A DNA stretch of 16,959 nt from Polyangiaceae bacterium (lineage in GTDB: Bacteria > Myxococcota_A > Polyangia > Polyangiales > Polyangiaceae). The position numbers and the translations under genes are program-made. This document shows positions 7,251 to 14,509 of the stretch, piece after piece. The notes below the pieces were generated by a model. The model did not search any database and was not told the DNA's origin. It saw nothing but the letters and a program-made list of their open reading frames with translations. Each line of letters begins with the position of its first letter. Position 1 is the stretch's first letter. The stretch covers positions 1 to 16,959 of the forward strand of contig JBGANF010000157.1 of assembly GCA_044222475.1 (NCBI GenBank), given 5' to 3'.

Positions 7251-8084
7251 CTAGCGCTTCTTGATCAGGCCTTCGCCGTCGATCGAGTACTCGCTCGGCA
7301 GCGACTTCCTCATCTCGGCGCGGCGCGCTTCCGGGACGACCCAACCTCGACTCGCGAAGCCTTCGCACACGCGGTTGCGGATGCGCAGGCTCTCCTCGTC
7401 GCAGAACATGTCGACCAGCGGGTCGATCGCCGCCGGATCGTTCTGAGCGAGCGCCCCGCCGACCGCGTGAAACCGCGACGGCTCGTTCACGTCCATGAGG
7501 AACGGCTTCACCGCCTCGAGGATGCGGGGATCCTGGTGCTCTTCGAGCTCGTTCAGGAGCTGGAGCTTCGGGTCGACGAATTTGGCGTACTCCGTGTCCC
7601 ACTGCTCGAGCATCGTGAGGCATTCACTGACGAGATCTTCCTCGCCCAGCATCGCCTTGAGGATGCGGATCGGCCAGGCCAGGCTCTCCGCCTTCTTCGC
7701 GTACTTTCGGACTCCGGGCAGCGCGAGCTTGCCGGCCCCGAGGATGCCGTCGAACGCCAGCTGCTTCTCTTCCTGGTCGGTGATGGTCGGATCGGTGATG
7801 AAATTGAAGCGCCGGAGCAACGCCGCTGCCGCGTCACCCTGGGTGGCGCGGTGCTCTTCGATCTGGACCTTCCCCTTGTCGGTCTTCTTGAGCTCGTCTT
7901 CGTTCGTGAGGGGGTGACAGAGGTCCGCAAGGGCCGCGAGCGCCTCTTGGCGATCGTAGTTCTGGGCGCGCTTGTCGGCCGCTTTGTCGGCCCAGCGGGC
8001 CACTTCCTTGCGAACCTGCGGCGGCTTCTCGCCGACCTTCCCACCCTTGTTGTCGTTGCTCTTGAAGAAGTCCCAGAAGCCCAT
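7251..8084 (-). CDS. Cytoplasmic HEAT-repeat protein of a conserved myxobacterial type (277 aa)
   Basis: AAGGA before the ATG. N-terminal MGFWDFF amphipathic motif. Helical repeats LLRRFNFITDPTITDQEEK, DPRILEAVKPFLMDVNEPSRFHAVGGAL and DEESLRIRNRVCEGF. No signal peptide. Confidence 0.85.
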   Translation of the reverse strand: MGFWDFFKSNDNKGGKVGEKPPQVRKEVARWADKAADKRAQNYDRQEALAALADLCHPLTNEDELKKTDKGKVQIEEHRATQGDAAAALLRRFNFITDPTITDQEEKQLAFDGILGAGKLALPGVRKYAKKAESLAWPIRILKAMLGEEDLVSECLTMLEQWDTEYAKFVDPKLQLLNELEEHQDPRILEAVKPFLMDVNEPSRFHAVGGALAQNDPAAIDPLVDMFCDEESLRIRNRVCEGFASRGWVVPEARRAEMRKSLPSEYSIDGEGLIKKR

Positions 8085-8161
8085 GTGATCCTTGCAGCCC
8101 CGCTACCTAATGCGGACGCGGGCGCTTCGCGTCAAGCGCCGTCCGGCGCCATCGCGCGCCG

Positions 8162-9607
8162 TCAGGACAAGGAAACCGGGAGGAGAACGACTTCGTTCCC
8201 TCGCGATTGAACCTGGTACCGCACCGGCTTCCCGGTCTTTTGTTGAGCCTCGGTCTCCATCCCCTGGATGCGCTGGACGAAGGTCTGCTCGGTGATGTGA
8301 TCAGTGGCCTCGTTGAGGGCCTTCTTTGCCGCGATGTACTCCTTGTACAGGCGCGCGTAGTACTTGTCGGCCGGCTCGTTGGCGAGCTCGGGCGAGGCGG
8401 TGGCGGCGGCCGACGGTTCCATGCCGACGGCCTGGTTGAGCGCGGCAGCGCTCGGCGGACGCGACACGCGCCCTTGCTCGTCGGTGTTGTCTTCTTCGAC
8501 GCCCATGAGCTGGTTCAGGAGCTGATCGATGCGGAAGGCGAGACCGCCGAGCTCCGCGTGCTCGAGCTGGAATCGCTTCTCGGTCTGGCCGTTGAGGATG
8601 GCGAGGAGCCCCTCTTCCAGGGTGCCGATCGGCGCCATGATGTAGCTGCCGAGGAGCCAGCCACCGACGACGACGAGGATGAGCCCGAGCGCGGTGACAC
8701 CCAGGATCGGAAGCGGGATCGAGGCGGCGCCTTCGACCGTCGTCGCGGGCGCAGCGGCCACGAGGACCTTGCTCTTGCCGTCGCCGAAGCCTTCGAGCGG
8801 CGTCGCCGCGACGACCATGTCGCCGGCTTGAATCGCGTCGGTGTGGCCCTGCGTGAGGACGCCCTTGATCGTGTCGCGCGCGCCCTTCTCCGAGGCGGGC
8901 TTCGAGACGACCTCGTCGAGCGCGCTCGTGTCGGCGGCCGATCGGGCGAGAACGCCGAGCCCGTCGCCTTCGGCGGCGACGATGACGAGCGCGCGGCCGG
9001 TGGCGACGTCGGACACGCGCGAGAGCTCGTCGTTGATCGTGACACCGGCGACGATCGCGCCGACGACCACGCCCTTGTCGTTCTTCACCGTCGCGTACGA
9101 CGCGAGGAACTGATCGTTGCGCGACTTGTTGATCCAGATGTCGCCGCCGGAGATGCCCTTCTGGAGAACCGCCTTGAACGCGGGGTAGGCCGTGCCGACG
9201 TCTTCGCCGCGGCCGAGGTTCGAGCCGTTGCGGCCGATCACCTTGCCGTTCGCGTCGACGAGCATGACCATCGAAGGCACGGTGCCCTGGAGGTCCGGAG
9301 CGCCCTTGGCTTGAGACGCGATCGAGTCGCACAGGGTCGTCGCTGCGGCGCCGGCCGCGTTGGGGTCAGCCTTGCCGAACGCATCCAGCGTGGCCGACTC
9401 CGCCGCTTTCTCGCCGATCCAGCGCTCCACGCGCAGGCCGTCGAGGTGGAGCCTCGACGAGGCGCCTTGGGCGTCGTGCTTGGACTCCGCGAGAAGCTTC
9501 TCGGGGTTGGACGCGGCGCTGAGGATCGTCGAGCGCATCAGGACGAAGGCTAGGAGGCCGACGATCGCGACGATGATGGCGTTGACCAGGATGATTTTGT
9601 TCCGCAT
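8162..9607 (-). CDS. Membrane receptor-like protein: TM - periplasmic Cache-like domain - TM - HAMP - MXAN_5187-type C-terminal domain (481 aa)
   Basis: TM1 KIILVNAIIVAIVGLLAFVLM. Cache-like VMLVDANGKVIGRNG...YATVKNDKGVVVGAIVAG. TM2 ILGVTALGLILVVVGGWLLGSYI. HAMP PIGTLEEGLLAILNG...ELGGLAFRIDQLL. The C-terminal YARLYKEYIAAKKALNE...TEQTFVQRI...KPVRYQVQSRGNEVVLLP resembles the MXAN_5187 C-terminal domain from memory. AGGAG lies upstream. Confidence 0.8.
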   Translation of the reverse strand: MRNKIILVNAIIVAIVGLLAFVLMRSTILSAASNPEKLLAESKHDAQGASSRLHLDGLRVERWIGEKAAESATLDAFGKADPNAAGAAATTLCDSIASQAKGAPDLQGTVPSMVMLVDANGKVIGRNGSNLGRGEDVGTAYPAFKAVLQKGISGGDIWINKSRNDQFLASYATVKNDKGVVVGAIVAGVTINDELSRVSDVATGRALVIVAAEGDGLGVLARSAADTSALDEVVSKPASEKGARDTIKGVLTQGHTDAIQAGDMVVAATPLEGFGDGKSKVLVAAAPATTVEGAASIPLPILGVTALGLILVVVGGWLLGSYIMAPIGTLEEGLLAILNGQTEKRFQLEHAELGGLAFRIDQLLNQLMGVEEDNTDEQGRVSRPPSAAALNQAVGMEPSAAATASPELANEPADKYYARLYKEYIAAKKALNEATDHITEQTFVQRIQGMETEAQQKTGKPVRYQVQSRGNEVVLLPVSLS

Positions 9608-9727
9608 GAGCCGTTCGAGTCTCCTTCAGTCGCCCGGAACCCGTCGAAGCGACGACGGCGGTTCCTGCCCCACCAAGGCCCCTTGCGACGTCCCAAATGC
9701 GTCGATCGAAGCGGCCTGAGCGTGGAA

Positions 9728-9737
9728 ACGCTACCAT
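9728..9737. promoter_or_regulatory. Candidate bidirectional -10 element between divergent genes
   Basis: ACGCTACCAT gives TACCAT on + (9732-9737) and TAGCGT on - (9733-9728), sharing the central TA. Confidence 0.4.
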
Positions 9738-9799
9738 CCTGCCAAAGGGCGCGGCAACATGCTTCCGCCACGGCCAGCGCTGGCCTCGTTTATCGGAAA

Positions 9800-10807
9800 A
9801 TGCCCCTTTTAGTCGACGAGCCTGCCTTCGACCGCCACGTTCCTCGCGCTTATCATCCCGAGCGACCCGAGCGGCTGCGTGCGGTCCGGAGTGCCATTGC
9901 GAGGGTATCCGTCCCCTGGGAGAAGGTCGCCGCCCGCGAGGCGACCGCCGAGGAGCTCGGACGCGTGCATCATGCACGCTTCGTCGAGCGGCTCGAGACG
10001 CTCCGCGGCCGGGAGGGCAACCTCGACCCGGACACCTATTTCGGGCCAGACAGCGTCGCGGCCGCGAAGCTCGCAGCGGGGGCGACGTTGGCGATGGTCG
10101 AGCGCCTCCTCTCGGGAACCGAGCGACAGGGCGTCGCCCTTCCGCGACCACCGGGGCACCACGCGCTCCCCGAGCGCGCCATGGGGTTCTGTCTCTTGAA
10201 CAACGTCGCAGTCGCTGCCGCGCATGCGCGGACGCTCGGCGCTGCTCGGATCGCGATCGTCGATTTCGACGTGCATCACGGCAACGGGACGCAGGAGATG
10301 TTCTACCGAGATCCTTCGGTGCTCTACGCGTCCCTGCATCAATTCCCGTTCTATCCAGGCACCGGAACCGCGGAAGAGATCGGCGAGGGCGAGGGCCGCG
10401 GGGCGACGGTGAACGTGCCGCTGGGCGCGGGCGCCGGCGACGCGGAGTACCACGCCGCGTTCGAGCGGATCATCCTCCCCGTCCTCGAGCAGTTCGCGCC
10501 GACGCTCGTGCTCGTGAGCGCCGGGTTCGACGCCGCCGCGCGCGACCCCCTCGCCGAGATGACGCTGAGCCCGGCGGGGTTCGGCTACATGGCGCAGGCC
10601 CTCCGCGGTGTCGCCGACCGCAGCGCCGAGGGGCGCATCGGGCTGGTCCTCGAGGGAGGCTACGATCTGGTGGCGCTGGAGGAGGGCCTGTCGGCCGCGC
10701 TGGGCGGGGCCCTGGGTCTCGAGACCTTCGCGGTCGCGTCGAACCCGGACCACGCGGACGTCGAGCGGGCCGCCCACGAGACCCGTCGGTCGTGGAAGGT
10801 CGACTGA
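9800..10807 (+). CDS. Zn-dependent histone deacetylase family protein (class II-like / AcuC-APAH superfamily), 335 aa
   Basis: Motifs HPERPERL, RPPGHHA, AMGFCLLNN, DFDVHHGNGTQ, SLHQFPFYPGTG, SAGFDA...DPL and LEGGY are all intact. The ATG at 9800 is preferred over the 9683 start. Confidence 0.95.
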   Translation: MPLLVDEPAFDRHVPRAYHPERPERLRAVRSAIARVSVPWEKVAAREATAEELGRVHHARFVERLETLRGREGNLDPDTYFGPDSVAAAKLAAGATLAMVERLLSGTERQGVALPRPPGHHALPERAMGFCLLNNVAVAAAHARTLGAARIAIVDFDVHHGNGTQEMFYRDPSVLYASLHQFPFYPGTGTAEEIGEGEGRGATVNVPLGAGAGDAEYHAAFERIILPVLEQFAPTLVLVSAGFDAAARDPLAEMTLSPAGFGYMAQALRGVADRSAEGRIGLVLEGGYDLVALEEGLSAALGGALGLETFAVASNPDHADVERAAHETRRSWKVD

Positions 10808-10815
10808 ACACGGGG

Positions 10816-10844
10816 GACGTCCGGGGGCGGCCCCCCTGGCCGTC
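10816..10844 (+). terminator. GC-rich stem-loop after the deacetylase gene
   Basis: GACGTCCGGGGG-CGGCC-CCCCTGGCCGTC forms an approximately 12-bp stem with one mismatch and one G-U pair, starting 9 nt after the stop. Confidence 0.4.
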
Positions 10845-10890
10845 GGTATTGGCAAGACCCGGCAGAATGCGCTAGAGACGCATTGCTTTT

Positions 10891-10967
10891 GGTGGCCGTA
10901 GCTCAGTTGGTAGAGCGCTGGATTGTGGATCCAGCTGTCGCGGGTTCAAGCCCCGTCGGTCACCCCA
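10891..10967 (+). tRNA. tRNA-His (anticodon GTG) with encoded G-1 and CCA
   Basis: Acceptor stem GTGGCCG/CGGTCAC, D arm GCTCAGTTGGTAGAGC, anticodon arm CTGGA-TTGTGGA-TCCAG (GTG at 10925-10927), T arm GCGGG-TTCAAGC-CCCGT, discriminator C, CCA at 10965-10967. G-1 at 10891 and C73 are the His identity elements. Confidence 0.98.
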
Positions 10968-10973
10968 ACCACC

Positions 10974-12011
10974 CTAATAAACGACGCCGGTGTTGAAGTC
11001 CTTGTTGATCGTGTCGGCGACGATCTTCACGGCGCCGGGATCCGAGACGAGGACGCCGAGCTCCCGATTGTTGTCGAGGGAGTTGAGGGTGAAGTTCTCG
11101 GACCCGACGTACGCGACCGTCCCGTCGGCGACGATCGCCTTCGAGTGGATGTACGGCACCGCGAGCTTGCGTACGGGGATGGCGGCCGCCTTGAGGTCGG
11201 CGACGGACTTCGCCATCGCCGTCGACGGCTGCTGATCGGAGAGCAGCACGCGGACGGCTAGCCCTCGCTTCTTCGCTGCAACGAGGGCGTCTTCGATGCC
11301 CTGGTCGCTGAAGCTCTCGCCCTCGAGATCGATCGTCTTCGTGGCCTCGTTCAGCAAGCGGACGAGCTTCTCGCGCGCGTTGACCGGCGCCGTCACCAGG
11401 CGACCGGTGAGCGTCGGGGCGCGGTTCGCGAAATCCGCGGCGAAGATCTCCTCGGCCTCGGCGACGTCGTACGGGTCGCTGTCGATGGCGAGGAACTCCC
11501 GGTTGTCGGTCGGCGAAGTGAAGGTGAGGTTCATCGTCATGATCCACGCCGACGTGCCATCGATGATGACCGCCTTCTCGTGGGTGTACGTGAACTGGGG
11601 CGGAGCCCAGACCACCGGAATGCCGGCGGCTTTGAACTTCGCGTACTCCTGCTGGTTGTCAGCGCCGGCGCTGGGGAAGTTCTGATTGAGGACGATCTTC
11701 ACGTCGCGCCCGGCCTTGTGCTGCGCGATGAGCGCGTCGGCGAGCGTGTCGTTCGTGAAGAGGTACATCGTCACGTGGATCGACTTCTGCGCCGCGTTGA
11801 TCGCGGCGAGGATGCCGGCGCCCTTGTCGCTGGGCTCGACGATGATGCTCACCGACGTCGTCGTCGGGAGCGAGCCGTCTTGCGGGGGCGGGCCCAGACC
11901 GTCGCCGGTGCTCGCGTCGTCGGGCGGCGGCGGTCCGACCAGCTGGGCCGGGCTACACGCGAGCGCAAGCGCAAGCGGAACCAAAGTGAAGGGAAGCCAC
12001 CGCACGACCAT
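10974..12011 (-). CDS. Phospholipase D superfamily lipoprotein with two HKD motifs (345 aa)
   Basis: Lipobox LALALAC. HKD motifs HEKAVIIDG...MTMN and HSKAIVADG...GSENFT. AINAAQKSIHVTMYLFT and NNRELG are typical of PLDc domains. Confidence 0.92.
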   Translation of the reverse strand: MVVRWLPFTLVPLALALACSPAQLVGPPPPDDASTGDGLGPPPQDGSLPTTTSVSIIVEPSDKGAGILAAINAAQKSIHVTMYLFTNDTLADALIAQHKAGRDVKIVLNQNFPSAGADNQQEYAKFKAAGIPVVWAPPQFTYTHEKAVIIDGTSAWIMTMNLTFTSPTDNREFLAIDSDPYDVAEAEEIFAADFANRAPTLTGRLVTAPVNAREKLVRLLNEATKTIDLEGESFSDQGIEDALVAAKKRGLAVRVLLSDQQPSTAMAKSVADLKAAAIPVRKLAVPYIHSKAIVADGTVAYVGSENFTLNSLDNNRELGVLVSDPGAVKIVADTINKDFNTGVVY

Positions 12012-12076
12012 TCACTCTTTCGCCGCAAGCCTCCCGGCGCAAGAGAAAAGCGGAATCCCGTGCTAACAAAGCGCGC

Positions 12077-13252
12077 ATGTCCACGCTCAAGCTCGCACTC
12101 GACACGCTGTGTATTCACGCTGGGCAAGACCCCGATCCCACCTCGGGCGCCGTCATGACTCCCATCGTGCTCTCCAGCACGTTCGCGCAAGACGGGCCGG
12201 GCAAGCTCGTCGCACCGGGGCTCTATGACTACTCGCGCGCCGGCAACCCCACGCGCACCGCGCTCGAAGGGTGCCTCGCGTCGCTCGAAGGGGCGAAGCA
12301 CGCCATCGCGTTCGGGAGCGGATGCGCTGCGACGACGACGATCCTCCTGGCGCTGAAGAGCGGCGACCACGTGCTCGTCGGTGACGACGTCTACGGTGGA
12401 ACGTTCCGCATCTTCGACAAAGTCATGAAGGACTTCGGCATCGAAGCGACGTTCCTCGACATGACGGATCCCAAGAAGGTCGCCGAAGCGATGCGACCGA
12501 ACACGCGGCTCGTGTGGATGGAGACGCCGTCGAACCCGATGCTCAAGGTGTTCGACATCGCGGCGATCGCCGAGGTGTCTCGGAAGCGCGGGGTCCCGCT
12601 CGCGGTCGACAACACGTTCGCGACGCCGATGCTCCAACAACCGCTCGCGCTCGGCGCGACGCTCGCGGTCCACTCGATGACGAAGTACCTCAACGGACAC
12701 TCCGACGTCGTCGGCGGTTGCGTCATGACGAACGACGACGCGCAAGCGGAGCGACTCCACTTCTTGCAGAAGGCGGTCGGCGCGGTGCCGAGCCCGTTCG
12801 ATTGCTACCTCGTGCTCCGCGGGCTGAAGACACTCGCCGTTCGCATGGAGCGCCACGTGAAGAGCGCGCGCGTCCTCGCCGAGTGGCTCGAGGGTCACGC
12901 CCAGGTGAAGCGTGTACTCTACCCGGGTCTCGCGTCGCACCCGGGCCACGCGCTGGCCTCGCGCCAGATGAAGGGACCGGGCGGGATGATCTCGTTCGAC
13001 CTCGACGGTGGGCTCGAGGAGTCGGCGGCGTTCCTCCGCGCGCTGCGCGTCTTCGCCTGCGCCGAGAGCCTCGGCGGGGTCGAGTCCCTCGCCGAGCACC
13101 CGGCCATCATGACCCACGCGAGCGTCCCGCCCGAGTCGCGGCGGGCGCTGGGCATCGCGGACGGCCTGATTCGGCTGTCGATCGGCCTCGAGGACGTCGG
13201 GGACCTGAAGGAAGACCTGAGCCGCGGCTTCGCGGCGTGTCGGGCAAAATAG
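12077..13252 (+). CDS. Cystathionine gamma-synthase / gamma-lyase (MetB/MccB-like, Cys/Met metabolism PLP enzyme), 391 aa
   Basis: Motifs YSRAGNPTR, DDVYGGT, WMETPSNP, VDNTFATP, PLP-lysine motif HSMTKYLNGHSDVVGG, AESLGGVESL and LIRLSIGLE. Synthase versus lyase specificity cannot be resolved by eye. Confidence 0.95.
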   Translation: MSTLKLALDTLCIHAGQDPDPTSGAVMTPIVLSSTFAQDGPGKLVAPGLYDYSRAGNPTRTALEGCLASLEGAKHAIAFGSGCAATTTILLALKSGDHVLVGDDVYGGTFRIFDKVMKDFGIEATFLDMTDPKKVAEAMRPNTRLVWMETPSNPMLKVFDIAAIAEVSRKRGVPLAVDNTFATPMLQQPLALGATLAVHSMTKYLNGHSDVVGGCVMTNDDAQAERLHFLQKAVGAVPSPFDCYLVLRGLKTLAVRMERHVKSARVLAEWLEGHAQVKRVLYPGLASHPGHALASRQMKGPGGMISFDLDGGLEESAAFLRALRVFACAESLGGVESLAEHPAIMTHASVPPESRRALGIADGLIRLSIGLEDVGDLKEDLSRGFAACRAK

Positions 13253-13333
13253 GCCTGCGCACGTTTCCCGACCTGTTCGGACGAGGGTGTGGACGGGGGT
13301 GCGGGAAAACTCGCCCTGAGTCCGAGGCCACGC

Positions 13334-13339
13334 TATCTT
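13334..13339 (+). promoter_or_regulatory. -10 hexamer positioned for a leaderless transcript
   Basis: TATCTT, 6 nt, then ATG at 13346. No Shine-Dalgarno between them. Confidence 0.55.
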
Positions 13340-13345
13340 TTTCTC

Positions 13346-13990
13346 ATGACGAATCCGAAAAGGCGCATCGTGGGCATCACGGTCGCCATTGCCGTAGCTT
13401 CTTCCGTTGCGATCGCGTGTGGCGGTGATCCCCCGCCGGTCATGCGTGCGGGGCTCGTGTCGGCCATCGGCCCGGGCGCCGAGCAATGCCCGATCTCGAC
13501 CCAGGCGGTCATCAGCGCCGGTGACCCGAACACGCAGGTGTTCGACAACGGCGTCGGCGGCATCGGCGTCGAGTGCAGCGTCATCCCGTCGGGCGCGGAC
13601 TACGCGGTGAACGCGCGCATCACCGGTCCGGCGCGCGACATCCAAGGCAAGCCGCTCGGCGGCGGGACGATCACCATCCAGGGGACGTTCAAGGCCTGGG
13701 ACAAGAACAACCCCGGGGCGACGTGGGGCCCGGTGAAGGGTATCTTCCAGCGCTCCGACATCGGCGTGTTCACCCAAGAGGATTGCACCGCCGGCTACAT
13801 CGACGACAGCGGCAACCCGATCGTCATCCGCGACAACGGCGCCGTGCAGCCGAACATCGCCCCTGGCCGCATCTGGGCCACGGTCAACTGCCCGAAGGCC
13901 AAGGGCCCGCCGGACAAGCCGCAGTTCGTCTCGTGCAAGGCGACGGTCACGTTCCGTCTCGAGAACTGCAACCAGGGCAACCAGCAGTAG
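13346..13990 (+). CDS. Cys-rich lipoprotein of unknown function (214 aa)
   Basis: MTNPKRRIVGITVAIAVASSVAIAC is a basic n-region, h-region and lipobox. Six further Cys in a beta-rich mature domain ending FRLENC. Strong GC3 codon bias. Confidence 0.85.
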   Translation: MTNPKRRIVGITVAIAVASSVAIACGGDPPPVMRAGLVSAIGPGAEQCPISTQAVISAGDPNTQVFDNGVGGIGVECSVIPSGADYAVNARITGPARDIQGKPLGGGTITIQGTFKAWDKNNPGATWGPVKGIFQRSDIGVFTQEDCTAGYIDDSGNPIVIRDNGAVQPNIAPGRIWATVNCPKAKGPPDKPQFVSCKATVTFRLENCNQGNQQ

Positions 13991-14008
13991 CGATCGGCCT
14001 CGTTGCCG

Positions 14009-14509
14009 TCAGCTCTGCTCCGCGATCCGCGCGAGCAGCGCTTGCACCTCCGTCGCGACCTCGAACTCGGGGCGCGCGGCGAGGAATGCCTCGAGGTATT
14101 TTCGCGCGGGCAGGTACTCGCCCCGAGCGTAGTACGCGAGACCGACGGCGTAGAGCGCATCACCGTCGCCCGGTGATTGCGACAGAGCCTCCATGCCTTC
14201 GCGCGCGGCGCCGCGCGTGTCGCCGAGCTCGCGGAGAACGTGCGACAGCGCGATCCGCGCGCCGAGGTACGCGGGCGACAGCTTGAGCGCGGCGGCGTAG
14301 GCATCGCGCGCGGCCTCGAGCTCGCCGGTCTCGTACAGGGCGACTCCGGCGAAGTGATACGCGTATGGATTCTGGGGCTCGGCCTTCATCACGTCGCGGA
14401 GGGCGGCGAGCGCGTCGTGATATCGCTCTTCTCGGAGCATCTCCGTTGCCTCTTCCACCGCGTCCCAGTAAGCGAGGCCTTTGGTGTCTTCGGGTTTTTC
14501 GTCGCTCAT
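14009..14509 (-). CDS. Tetratricopeptide-repeat protein (166 aa)
   Basis: TPR patterns PQNPYAYHFAGVALYETGELEAARDAYAAALKLSP, YLGARIALSHVLRELGD and GDALYAVGLAYYARGEYLPARKYLEAFL. The ATG at 14509 (MSDEK) is preferred over 14566. Confidence 0.88.
   Translation of the reverse strand: MSDEKPEDTKGLAYWDAVEEATEMLREERYHDALAALRDVMKAEPQNPYAYHFAGVALYETGELEAARDAYAAALKLSPAYLGARIALSHVLRELGDTRGAAREGMEALSQSPGDGDALYAVGLAYYARGEYLPARKYLEAFLAARPEFEVATEVQALLARIAEQS

Noticed and set aside
8105..8145. Internal promoter (TTGACG ... TAGGTA on -) or hairpin GGCGCTT/AAGCGCC upstream of the HEAT gene
   Set aside because: The 20-nt spacing and poor -10 do not fit, and the hairpin is unremarkable at this GC content. Too weak to call.
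10891..10975. tRNA-His as an integration site for an island
   Set aside because: No second copy of the tRNA 3' end and no integrase seen in the window.
10974..12011. PLD as an anti-phage defence nuclease (DISARM DrmC or Zorya-associated type)
   Set aside because: It has a lipoprotein signal and two HKD motifs, and no helicase, methylase or other defence genes are nearby.
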